Below, piece by piece: positions 29,137 through 39,016 of a stretch of 64,000 nucleotides of DNA. A model generated the notes under the pieces. The model made no database searches, was not told where the DNA came from, and saw only the letters and a list, made by a program, of their open reading frames with translations. Every line of letters begins with the position of its first letter. Position 1 is the first letter of the stretch. A program made the position numbers and the translations under genes. The DNA comes from Bryobacterales bacterium (GTDB lineage Bacteria > Acidobacteriota > Terriglobia > Bryobacterales > UBA6623). Location of the stretch: contig CAXXKD010000001.1 in the NCBI GenBank assembly GCA_963422375.2, forward strand, positions 224,001 to 288,000. Direction: 5' to 3'.

Positions 29137-30840
29137 GTGTCGCTACTTCGGGCAGCAGCATCCATCGTGGCGCTCGCCGTCGCGCTGCCGTCCATGGCTC
29201 AGCGCTTCGAAGACGTGACGCCGGTGTCCGGAATCGCCTTTAGGCACGATCCCTCGAAGACGCCGCGCAAGTACCTGCCCGAGACGATGGGCGGCGGAGT
29301 CGCGGTCCTTGACGCCGACCTGGACGGGCGCATGGACGTGTTCTTCGTCAATGGGGCGAGGCTCGAATTCCCACATCCACAAGGGAAGGAGCCGGACAAG
29401 TCCGAGGCGCGCTTCTGGAATCGGCTCTACCTGAACCGGGGAGGCCTGCGCTTTCGGGATGCCACCGTCGAGTTCGGCTTGCAGGGACGAGGGTACGGAA
29501 TGGGTGCGGCCGTCGGGGACTACGACAACGACGGGGACGCTGACCTGTTGATCACGAACGCGGCAACCGGTGACGTGCCAGCCGCCGTGCTCTACCGGAA
29601 CGACGCCGGCCGGGCATTCGCGGACGTGACGTCGGAAGCGGGCATCCGCGCCCGAGGGTGGGCGACCAGCGCGGGATTCTTCGATGCGGACAGAGACGGG
29701 GATCTCGACCTGCTGATTCTGCGCTACATGCGCTGGCGCTTCGACATCGATCACCGCTGCGGAATGGAGGCCAGCTACGGTCGGTCCTACTGCCACCCGG
29801 ACCTGTTCCCGGCGGAATCGAACGTCTTCTACCGCAACAACGGAGATGGAACCTTCTCCGACGCGAGCGCCGAGTCTGGTTTCGGGGCCCACCGCGGCAA
29901 GGGCTTGGGCCTGGCATTCGCGGACTACGACCTCGACGGCTGGACCGATGTGGCGGTCGCCAACGACTCCTATCCTCAGTTCCTCTTCCGGAACGGCGGA
30001 GACGGCACCTTTGCCGAGGTCGCCTTGGTCGCGGGCACTGCCCTCGACGACCACGGGGCCGAGTTCGCGGGAATGGGCATTGTCTTCGATGACCTGGACG
30101 GCGACGGCCCACCTGATCTCCTCGTGACTACGCTCTCGCAGGAGCGGTACGCCCTGTTCTACAACTCGGGCAACGGCATGTTCGATTACTCGACCGACCG
30201 CTCGGGCCTCGGAGTCGCGACCCAGCTCTTCGCGGGCTGGGGAGTCGCCTTGCTAGACGTTGACTCTGACGGCTCGCGGGAGGTCTTCTTCGCCAACGGA
30301 CACGTCATGGACAACATCGAGCAGTCCCAGCCGCACGTGAGCTACCGGCAGCCCCCTCTTTTGTTCCGGCAAGAAGGCCGCAGGATGACCGATGTGACCG
30401 GGATCGCCGGAACCGTATTCCAGCGACAGTGGGCGGGCCGCGGCGCGGCTGTAGCGGACCTAGACGGCGATGGCAGGGAAGATCTCGTAGTGTCGAATCT
30501 GGGCGGCCGCCCGTACGTCGCCCGCAGCGCGTCCGAGACGGGCAACCGCTGGATCGGAATCCGCCTGCTCGGGTGCGAGAGCAACCGCGACGGAATCGGC
30601 GCGGTCCTCTCCTTGAAGCGCCCGTCCGGGGCTAGGCAGCATGCCACCGTGACGCGCAGCGGCAGCTACCTGTCGGCGCGGGACCCGCGCGTATTCCTCG
30701 GTGCAGGCCAGGACGCGGAAGGCATGGGCCTGACGGTCCGGTGGCCGAGCGGGGGGAGTTCCACTCTCCAGGAGGTCCCGACCGAAACGGTGACGGAGGT
30801 CACTGAGAGCGAAGGGTGCGAATCGTCCCGTCTCTTGTGA
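29137..30840 (+). CDS. CRTAC1-family protein (FG-GAP repeats + ASPIC/UnbV)
   Basis: 'ETMGGGVA', repeated 'D.D.DG..D', C-terminal 'NRDGIGA...SYLS...VRWPSG'. Confidence 0.88.
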   Translation: MSLLRAAASIVALAVALPSMAQRFEDVTPVSGIAFRHDPSKTPRKYLPETMGGGVAVLDADLDGRMDVFFVNGARLEFPHPQGKEPDKSEARFWNRLYLNRGGLRFRDATVEFGLQGRGYGMGAAVGDYDNDGDADLLITNAATGDVPAAVLYRNDAGRAFADVTSEAGIRARGWATSAGFFDADRDGDLDLLILRYMRWRFDIDHRCGMEASYGRSYCHPDLFPAESNVFYRNNGDGTFSDASAESGFGAHRGKGLGLAFADYDLDGWTDVAVANDSYPQFLFRNGGDGTFAEVALVAGTALDDHGAEFAGMGIVFDDLDGDGPPDLLVTTLSQERYALFYNSGNGMFDYSTDRSGLGVATQLFAGWGVALLDVDSDGSREVFFANGHVMDNIEQSQPHVSYRQPPLLFRQEGRRMTDVTGIAGTVFQRQWAGRGAAVADLDGDGREDLVVSNLGGRPYVARSASETGNRWIGIRLLGCESNRDGIGAVLSLKRPSGARQHATVTRSGSYLSARDPRVFLGAGQDAEGMGLTVRWPSGGSSTLQEVPTETVTEVTESEGCESSRLL

Positions 30841-31394
30841 GCCGCCACCAAGCCCAGCTAGGCATCCGGCCCTAGCTGGATTGCTTGAAACGCGGAATGC
30901 AGCAGCCTGGCGGCCAGTCTGCACCGAGAAGGCTCGCCCGGTGCCGCCGAGCGTTCCGGTCCTGCCAACGCCGCCGCAAGTGCTCCGCTCCCTTGTTCCG
31001 CCCAAGGGGCACGGCAACCATCGGCTGCGGCCCGCAGGCCGGGTCCAAGCCGATTGGTCATCCCTTGGGAGCGTGCTACACTCCCTTCATGGAGCGACTC
31101 TAGGGTTCCTGATTCAACAAGGCTTGGCCGTCCATTCTCACACGTGACTCGCGAACCCGCAAACCAATGCCACGGTCCCACGGGCTTCGACTGGAATGCT
31201 GCAACTGCGGCGTGGCCGGCTTGTTGAGTGGCTCGAATCGATTCGGGGTACTTCGGCACCTGATGAGAGTGCATCGACTCAGCGTGATCCCTACTCTCCC
31301 CGAACGGGAGTCAGACGGCGAACGAATCTCTTGCATATAATGAAGAGAATTGTGACCTGTTGAGGCGATCCTCTTGTCACTCCGGAAGTGCTCA

Positions 31395-33678
31395 ATGAAG
31401 AACCAAGTCGTTTCCAAGATAGTTCTGAAACGCTTTCGAAGTATCCCTGCAGCTAGTGTCACACTTGACAATCCAACGTTTCTAGTTGGCCAGAATGGGG
31501 CAGGAAAAAGCAACATTGTTGATACGTTCAGATTTCTGTCGGACGCAATGTCCCAACCATTAAGTGCCGCGATTAGTTGACGTGGAGGGGTTTCTGTTGT
31601 GTGCAATCGACGATCTGAGAATGATCGACCGACCGGATTTGGGATCAAGGCGATAGTAGAGAATCTGGATGATGAATGCGCTCGAGGAGAATTCGCATTC
31701 GAAGTCGATGTTCTTGAGAACCATGAATTCAATGTCTTGCGTGAACAGTGCATTGTTCATCGGAGAAATGGTCACATCGATTGGTTTGACCGCTGTCATC
31801 ATGCAGGATTCAGGAGCAGCATCAAATCCCTCAATCCTGCCTTGGAGTCAAGCGCTCTTTCTCTTCCGCTGGTTGGAGGGCACAGAGAGTTCCATTGTGT
31901 TCAACGCTTCCTATAAAAAACCTGATTACCCACAAGACTCAGCCAAGGTTAGGAGGCGGTAAGGCCTGGGCGGGGTGCGCACGGAGGCGTGGAGCAGGCG
32001 GGGGACCAGCGCCTCCGGATCGTAGCGGCGGTTGAAGCGGTAGCGGAACGCGGCGAGGTACCGCGGCAGGTGCTTGCCGTCGAGCGCATGGCAGGTTCCC
32101 GCCAGGGACTGCTTGACGTGCGCCAGCATCGTGCTGACCCGGACGTCGACCCGGACGAAGCGGGAATCCGCGCAGCTCCGCTGCCCGCCTCCGGTGACGG
32201 TCGGCACGTGCTCGCAGCCGGCGCCGGCCACGCCCCGCAAGCAGGCCGGGCCGTCGGCATGCACCTCCGTGCCGGGCTGCAAGTGCCGCCCGGCCCACGC
32301 TACCAGCGTCTTCTTGCGCAAGCCCGCCACGCCGCTCAGGCGCATCCTTGCCGGCTGGCCGGCGGCGGTGACCTGCACGGCGGCCACGAACGGCGTCTTG
32401 CCCGCCGCGCCGCGACCGCGCTGGCCGCCGCTCCGCTCCCCGCCCCAGTAGGCCCCAGTAGGCGTCGTCCACTTGCACGATGCCGTGCAGCGGCACGCGC
32501 TCGTCGCGCTCCTTCAGCACTGGCAGGAGCTTGTGCTGCACCTTCCAGGCCGTGTCTTCCAGGCCGTGTTCCGGCTGACCCCCAGCTGCCGCGCCAGTTC
32601 CAGCGACGAAACGCCGTGCTGGCCCTGCGTCAGCAGGTGGAGCGCCAGGAACCGGACGATCAGCGGCAGCTTGGTGGCGGCCAAGATCGTGCCGGCGACG
32701 AGGGAGGTCCGGCGGTGGCAGGCATGGCACTGCCGGAGCTTGCGGGAGCGGATGCGGCAGTGCCGGCAGGAGCCGCACTCCGGGCAGCGGAAGCCGTCCG
32801 GCCAGCGGGCGTTGAAGACGGCGTGATCGCATGGCCCCTCGCTGCCGTAGCGCTGCAGGAACTTGCTCGGACTGAGTCCCTTCTGGAATTGCACGCGATT
32901 GCGTTTCAGCTTCTATCCCCTTTCCCGTCAGAGATTTCCGACCTCCTTCAGTATAGCATATCCTCGGATGACGTTCGTTGGTAATCAGGATAAAAAATGA
33001 GAGTGTACCATATTGAACCGACGGTGTTTCGGGGACTCCAAGACTTGGACAGTGGACTTACTCTACAATCGGACGGCAGAAATACTACAAGAGTTCTGCG
33101 ACAGATTCGACTGAAATCACTGGATCATTGGAACGACATTCTAGCGCTCATTGAAGTAATTTCTCCAGGGACTATTGGAGTCAGTCAACAAGAGAATAGG
33201 CGATGAGGTAGCATTGGAGTTCACCCAAGACTGGGGGCAATCTGAACCAATTCGCTTCGGAGCTGTTAGTATGTCTGACGGCACATTGCGTGCGTTGGGT
33301 ATCTTGGCAGCTATATTCCAGCCCTCAGCGCCTTCAGTCATCTTGCTGGAAGAGCCTGAGGCAACCATACATCCGCGGGCCATCGGGTGCATTATTAATT
33401 TGATACGACACGCCGCACGCTACATGCAAGTTGTTGTGGCAACTCACAGCCCCGATATACTTGACGCTGAGTGGATCGAAGATCGTCACCTGAGATTGGT
33501 CGAATGCAACAGGGGAGCTACCACTGTGAATCCAATGTCAGCGGCATCGAGTAGAGCCCTTGACGAACGTTTTGCGGGCGTTGGTGAGCAATTGCGAAAC
33601 AACATGCTCGCGTCGGATGAAAATGAGTTGCAGGCAAGTGCAAGGATGACCTCGTTATTCAAGGATAGCTTCGTATGA
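31395..33678 (+). pseudogene. ABC/AAA_21-type ATPase, disrupted
   Basis: Walker A 'GQNGAGKSN', signature 'MSDGTLR', Walker B 'LLEEPE', 'ATHSP'; in-frame TGA 31578, TAA 31914, IS insertion at 31921, frameshift near 33190. Confidence 0.85.
31921..32989 (-). mobile_element. IS1595-family (ISXO2-like) element 2, copy B, defective
   Basis: Ends CCTGATTACC and GGTAATCAGG; perfect 8-bp TSD ATAAAAAA (31913-31920, 32990-32997); transposase relic 31926-32909 with ATG>CTG start and 14-bp and 10-bp duplications. Confidence 0.92.
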
Positions 33679-34361
33679 ATCTTCATCTTATCGTCGAAGG
33701 GCATGGTGATGTTCTGGCAGCTCCGGTATTGCTTCGACGTTTCGTAGAGGCTGCTCGCGAGTGTGCTCTGTCTGCAGGCAATTCGTCTTGGAATGTGGAA
33801 GTCGCAAGACCACTCAGGTTCCCTAGCGGCCAGCTAGTCAGGCGGGCTGGCATTGAGGAAGCCATAAGTAAAGCGCTCATGCAAGAACCGGATGCAATAC
33901 TGATTCTGTTCGACGGAGATCGTGATTGCCCCGCTGATTTCGGACCAAGGGTGCGTGGCTGGGTGGTCGGAATGGCATGGGGGGTGCCGTGCGAGGTTGT
34001 CATGCCGAACAGGGAATACGAAGCTTGGCTCCTAGCGTCGATGGAATCGATAAGGGGCGAGCGGGATATCAAGAATGACGCTGATCCTCATCCACGACCA
34101 GAGGAACCTCCGGGCGCCAAGGCACAACTGGATGCTCGGATGCGTTGGGGGAAGAGCTACGTTGAGGCAGCCGATCAAGCGGCACTGAGCAGCAAGTTTT
34201 CGATGGCTGCCGCATATTCGCGGAGCCGGTCATTCCGCAAGCTCGCAAGTGCATTCGGCGAGTTGCTGCAGGCGACGGAATGCACGGTCGCCCCTTGGCC
34301 GCCTGCGGGATGGGATCGGTTTCCAAGAGATCGGCAGGCTTCGGCGTCACTTCGCCGCTAG
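33675..34361 (+). CDS. DUF4276-like (TOPRIM-like) protein
   Basis: 'IVEGHGD', 'ILFDGD', 'EYEAWLLA', 'SRSFRKL'; ATGA overlap with the ATPase stop. Confidence 0.75.
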   Translation: MNLHLIVEGHGDVLAAPVLLRRFVEAARECALSAGNSSWNVEVARPLRFPSGQLVRRAGIEEAISKALMQEPDAILILFDGDRDCPADFGPRVRGWVVGMAWGVPCEVVMPNREYEAWLLASMESIRGERDIKNDADPHPRPEEPPGAKAQLDARMRWGKSYVEAADQAALSSKFSMAAAYSRSRSFRKLASAFGELLQATECTVAPWPPAGWDRFPRDRQASASLRR

Positions 34362-34538
34362 AAGCCCCCGAAGCGGATCGACGCGGGAAAGATCGTCGCA
34401 GGTCCGGTTGTCGGGCATCGGAAGCCGCTACGCGAGACCGCAACCATGCTATCGGCCGACCCATCAGGTTCCCGTCCGCCCCGGGCCGCCTGCTGTTAGA
34501 CTTGGGCGGCCCGTCCCCGAGATTGCTGTCCGAACGCA

Positions 34539-35969
34539 ATGCACCGCCTCGCCCGAATTCTCCCGCTTCTCGTTCTCCCAGCGGCGCTCGCTCCCGCCGC
34601 GCAGCCGCCCAATGTCGTCGTGGTGCTGGTCGATGACCTCGGCTGGATGGACCTCGGGTGCCAGGGCTCGGACTTCTATCGGACGCCGAACATCGACCGC
34701 CTTGCCGCCACCGGCATGCGATTCACCGACGGCTACGCCTCGTGCGCGGTCTGCTCGCCGACTCGCGCCGCCCTGATGACCGGCCGCTCGCCCTCGCGGC
34801 TCGGCATCACCGATTGGATCCGGGCCGAGTTCCAGCTTGGCAATCGGCAGTGGCCCAACGTGCGCGACAGGTTCGGCTACCACCGCCCGGACGACAGGTC
34901 CAGGCCGCTCCTGACCCCGGTGAACGAGCAGCGCTTGCCGCACGGCGAGATCACGGTCGCGGAAATGCTCAAGCCGCTCGGGTACGCGAGCGGCTTTATC
35001 GGCAAGTGGCACCTGGGCGGCCGCGGCCACCTTCCCGTTGACCAAGGCTTCGACGAGAACTACGGCGGCTGGGACTACGGCCAGCCGCCATCCTACTTCG
35101 ACCCGTACGTCGAGCAGCCGAGGCTGCCCATGGGGATCCCGACGCTGGAGCCGAGGAAAGCGGGCGAATACCTCACCGACCGCGAGGCCGACGAGGCGGT
35201 AGCGTTCATCGAGCGGAACCGCCACCGGCCGTTTCTGCTCTATCTCTCGCACTACGCGGTGCATACGCCGATCCAAGGGAAGAAGGCCCTGGTCGCCGAA
35301 TACGAGAGCCGCCGCGACGGGAAGGGGCAGGACGATCCGGTCTACGCCGCGATGGTTCACAGCGTCGACGAGGCGATGGGGCGGCTGCTGGACGCGCTCG
35401 GCAAGGCTGGGGTCGCCGAGCGCACCATGATCGTATTCACCGGGGACAACGGCGGCTTGGACCGCGAGGGCCGGCCGACCGAGAACGCGCCGCTCCGCAG
35501 CGGCAAGGGGCACGCCTACGAAGGCGGGCTGAGGACCCCTTGGATCGTGCGGTGGCCTGCCGTGACCAAGCCGGGAACCGTCTCCGGCGAGCCGGTCGCG
35601 AGCATCGACCTGCTGCCGACGATCGCCGCCGCGGCGGGCACCCGCCCCCCGTCCGACCGGCCCATCGACGGCATCGACCTCGGGCCAGCCCTGCGGGGCG
35701 GGGAACTGCCGGAGCGCGCGCTTCACTGGCACTTCCCCCATTACCGTCGCGGGCCGGGGCACGATCCCTATTCGGTCGTCCGCAAGGGCGACTGGAAGCT
35801 CATCCGCTTCTACGACCCGGCCAAGGTCGAGCTGTACAACTTGGCGGCGGATCTCGGAGAGGCGAAGGATCTTTCCGGCTCCAATCCGGTCAAGGCCGCC
35901 GAGCTGGAATTGGAACTGGACGAGGCCTTGCGCGACGCCGGGGCGCGCCTTCCGGTCTCGTCGCGCTAG
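34539..35969 (+). CDS. Sulfatase (formylglycine-dependent)
   Basis: 'DDLG', 'CSPTRAALMTG', 'GKWHLG'; signal peptide. Confidence 0.9.
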   Translation: MHRLARILPLLVLPAALAPAAQPPNVVVVLVDDLGWMDLGCQGSDFYRTPNIDRLAATGMRFTDGYASCAVCSPTRAALMTGRSPSRLGITDWIRAEFQLGNRQWPNVRDRFGYHRPDDRSRPLLTPVNEQRLPHGEITVAEMLKPLGYASGFIGKWHLGGRGHLPVDQGFDENYGGWDYGQPPSYFDPYVEQPRLPMGIPTLEPRKAGEYLTDREADEAVAFIERNRHRPFLLYLSHYAVHTPIQGKKALVAEYESRRDGKGQDDPVYAAMVHSVDEAMGRLLDALGKAGVAERTMIVFTGDNGGLDREGRPTENAPLRSGKGHAYEGGLRTPWIVRWPAVTKPGTVSGEPVASIDLLPTIAAAAGTRPPSDRPIDGIDLGPALRGGELPERALHWHFPHYRRGPGHDPYSVVRKGDWKLIRFYDPAKVELYNLAADLGEAKDLSGSNPVKAAELELELDEALRDAGARLPVSSR

Positions 35970-37360
35970 TTCGCGGCGGACGAGTTCGAGTCGCTGGCGC
36001 CGAGCAGCTCGAGGAACCGAGCCGTTGACGCGATTCCCATGCGGAAGTTGCGCAAGCTGAACTTCTCGTTGGGGGCATGGAGCGCGTCGTCGGGAAGGCC
36101 GTAGCCCATCAGGATCGTCGGGATGCCCAGATGCTCTTGGAAGTCCCCGACGACCGGGATCGACCCTCCGGACCGGATGAACACGGTTTCCCGGCCCCAA
36201 GTCTCGGTCAGCGCCTGAGCGGCGCTGCGAATCATTGCGTGGTCCGTCGAGGCCAGCGTGGCGGGCGCGGTGTGGATCAGCTGCACTTCAACCTCGATTC
36301 CCGGCGGCGCGTGCTGCGAGGAGAAGTCGCGCATCGCGTCGAGGATTTCGCCCGGGTCCTGACTTGGAACGAGCCTGCAGCTCACCTTGGCCGACGCTGT
36401 CGAGGGGATCACCGTCTTCGCCCCGGGCCCGGTGAACCCCCCGGGGATTCCGTGGACCTCGAACGTGGGACGGGCCCCCACCCGCTCGAACACCGAATAG
36501 CCCGGCTCCCCGGTGAGCGTGGTCGCCTGCACTTCATCCCGAAGGTACGCGGATTCGTCGAACGGTATCCGCATCCAGCTGGCCTTCTCCGCCGCGGACG
36601 GCTCTTCGACCCGGTCATAGAACCCGGGTATCAGCACACGGCCGGTGGCGTCCTTGCACTTCGCCAGCAACTCGACCAAGCCGAAGACCGCGTTCGGAGC
36701 GACGCCTCCGTACAGGCCGGAATGCAGGTCGCGCGCTGCGCCCCTAGCGGTCCATTCGGTGTAGACCAGGCCCCGAAGGCCGGTGCAGATCGTCGGCGTA
36801 TCCGGCAGGTACATCGCGGTGTCGGACACCACGGCGGCGTCGGCTTGCAGGCGCCTCGCTTGGGTGGCGACGAACTCGGAAACCGCTTCCCCTCCGACCT
36901 CCTCCTCGCCTTCGACTAGGAACTTGACGTTGACCGGGAACGCGCCGCGCGCGAGCCGCAGGGCCTCGAGCGCCTTGATGTTGGCCAGCACCTGCCCCTT
37001 GTCGTCGGACGCCCCGCGCGCGTAGACTTGCCGGTCCCGCACGGTGGGCTCGAACGGAGGGGACAGCCACTCCTCGAGCGGGTCCACGGGCTGCACGTCA
37101 TAGTGACCGTAGAAAAGGATAGTGGGCTTGCTAGGAGCCCCGCTCCACTCGCCGTAGACGAGCGGGTGGCCGCGGCCCTCGACGATCTCCACGGATTGCA
37201 GGCCGGCTTGGATGAGCTGCAGCCGGGTGTACTCGGCGGCCCGTGCGATATCCGGCTTGTGCTCGGGCAGTGTGCTGACGCTCGGTATCCGAAGAAAGTC
37301 GAAGAGTTCCCGCTCGAACCGGGGCGTCTCCCGGTCGATGCACTCCGTGGTAGAGGCCAT
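35966..37360 (-). CDS. M20-family dipeptidase
   Basis: 'YGHYDVQP', 'RGASDDKGQ', 'EGEEE', 'HAPNE'. Confidence 0.9.
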   Translation of the reverse strand: MASTTECIDRETPRFERELFDFLRIPSVSTLPEHKPDIARAAEYTRLQLIQAGLQSVEIVEGRGHPLVYGEWSGAPSKPTILFYGHYDVQPVDPLEEWLSPPFEPTVRDRQVYARGASDDKGQVLANIKALEALRLARGAFPVNVKFLVEGEEEVGGEAVSEFVATQARRLQADAAVVSDTAMYLPDTPTICTGLRGLVYTEWTARGAARDLHSGLYGGVAPNAVFGLVELLAKCKDATGRVLIPGFYDRVEEPSAAEKASWMRIPFDESAYLRDEVQATTLTGEPGYSVFERVGARPTFEVHGIPGGFTGPGAKTVIPSTASAKVSCRLVPSQDPGEILDAMRDFSSQHAPPGIEVEVQLIHTAPATLASTDHAMIRSAAQALTETWGRETVFIRSGGSIPVVGDFQEHLGIPTILMGYGLPDDALHAPNEKFSLRNFRMGIASTARFLELLGASDSNSSAAN

Positions 37361-37925
37361 AGGGTTTCAGGATACTGAGCGCTACGAGCCGTATCGCGAG
37401 CCTCGTTGGCCGTCCGCTCCGCGGCTTGGGAACTACGGCGCGTCCGAGTCCCGGAGGTACTTGTGGTCGCGCTGCGGTGCCGTCGCTGCGAGGAACCGCT
37501 TCGCCCGCGCCTATACTGCATGTATTGGGCTGCTGGGCCCGGATGCGCAGTCTTTCCTTGGACGAGCGGCGCCCCCTCCGCGGCCATTTGCCTCATGCTG
37601 GCCGCCCGCTCCCGACTCGATCCGCGCTCCCTCCCGATGCGCGACTGCCGACAGAGGGCGCTCACGAGCCAGGGCTGGCCCTGCGCGCAGCTCCGCCGGC
37701 GCCCAAGGCCTCCGCCGAGAATCCCCACCGGCGACTCCGCCGTGTGCAGCCGCAGGGCCCCCGCGACATCCTGCCGACTGAACCGGCCCGCCCTCAGCGA
37801 CCTGACGCTGACGTTGAATGCGCTGCCGTTGGCGATGACCTCGCCCGTCGAACCGGAGCGGATGCGGCAGCTACCAGTGCCCCGCGACCGGCCGCCGGGC
37901 GTGCAAACATGGAAGACGGAACCGC

Positions 37926-38999
37926 ATGAAGACCGCCATCATTGGCCTGCCGCAGGTCGGCAAGACTGCGCTGTTCAAGATTCTCACCGGCGCGTCTTCG
38001 GAGCGCCGCATCGGGGTGACGAAGGTGCAGCTCGGCGTCGCAAGAGTCCCGGACGAGCGGCTCGACGCCATCGCTCGCCTCTTCAGCCCTAAGAAGGTCA
38101 CGCCCGCGACGGTCGAGTACGCCGACATGCCCGGCCTGTCGCGCGACGCGCTCCGCGATCCCAGCTACATCGGCAGCCTGCGCACCGTGGATGCATTCGC
38201 CCACGTGCTGCGGCTATTCAAGGACGAGACGGTGATGCACGTCGAAGGGTCGCTCGATCCGGCCCGCGACCAGGCCAACATCGACTTGGAGCTGATCCTC
38301 AGCGACCTTCAGGTCGTGGAAAACCGGCTGGCTCGGGTCGAGAAGGACATCAAGCGCATCAGGGATCCCGGTCTCGCGGCCGAGAGAGACCTGCTGCAGG
38401 GTTGCCGCTCGTGGTTGGAGCAGGAGCGCCCGCTCCGGGAACTGGACCTCGCTCCCGAGCAGTCCAAGAGGCTGAAGGGCTTCCAGTTCCTGTCGGAAAA
38501 GCCCATGCTCCTGGTTCTAAACGTAGGGGAGGACGAGGTGTCCGCGATCGCCGGCATCGAGGACCGCTATGGCGCGGCGATGGTCGGAAGGCGCCGGAAC
38601 CTAGCGCTCGCTGCGGTCTGCGGGAGCGTCGAGTCCGAATTGGTCGAGCTGGATCCGGCCGACAGGCGCGAGTACCTCGAGAGCTACGGCTTGGAGTCGT
38701 CCGGGATCGAACGGCTCGTCTCCGCCACCTACTCGCTGCTCGGTCTGATGTCGTTCCTCACCGCGGGCGAATCCGAGTGCCGGGCCTGGACGATCAGGCG
38801 CGACGCCTCGGCGATCGCTGCCGCCGGGACGATCCACACCGATTTCGCCAGGCGGTTCATCCGCGCCGAGACGATCGACTGGAGGACGCTCGTTGAGCAC
38901 GGAGGGTACTCGCGGGCGCGGGATCACGGCGACCTCCGGCTCGAGGGCAGGGACTACGTCGTCCGGGACGGCGACGTGCTGGTCATCCGGCACGGTTGA
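37926..38999 (+). CDS. ychF: YchF redox-regulated ATPase
   Basis: 'GLPQVGKT', 'VPDERL', 'FLTAGE..RAWTI', 'AGTIHTDF..RFIRAE'. Confidence 0.88.
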   Translation: MKTAIIGLPQVGKTALFKILTGASSERRIGVTKVQLGVARVPDERLDAIARLFSPKKVTPATVEYADMPGLSRDALRDPSYIGSLRTVDAFAHVLRLFKDETVMHVEGSLDPARDQANIDLELILSDLQVVENRLARVEKDIKRIRDPGLAAERDLLQGCRSWLEQERPLRELDLAPEQSKRLKGFQFLSEKPMLLVLNVGEDEVSAIAGIEDRYGAAMVGRRRNLALAAVCGSVESELVELDPADRREYLESYGLESSGIERLVSATYSLLGLMSFLTAGESECRAWTIRRDASAIAAAGTIHTDFARRFIRAETIDWRTLVEHGGYSRARDHGDLRLEGRDYVVRDGDVLVIRHG

Positions 39000-39016
39000 C
39001 CAGACCCGGGGCAGGC

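Noticed and set aside
31336..31341. TATAAT promoter for the ATPase gene
   Set aside because: No convincing -35 or extended -10 element; too weak to list as a feature.
31578..31580. In-frame TGA (also at 44019) as selenocysteine or alternative-code read-through
   Set aside because: The same genes also contain TAA/TAG stops, frameshifts or an IS, and TGA is a normal stop in many intact genes here.
26366..32989. Composite transposon formed by the two inverted IS1595 copies around the TPR/CRTAC1 genes
   Set aside because: Copy B has its own TSD on both sides inside the ATPase gene, so it inserted independently.
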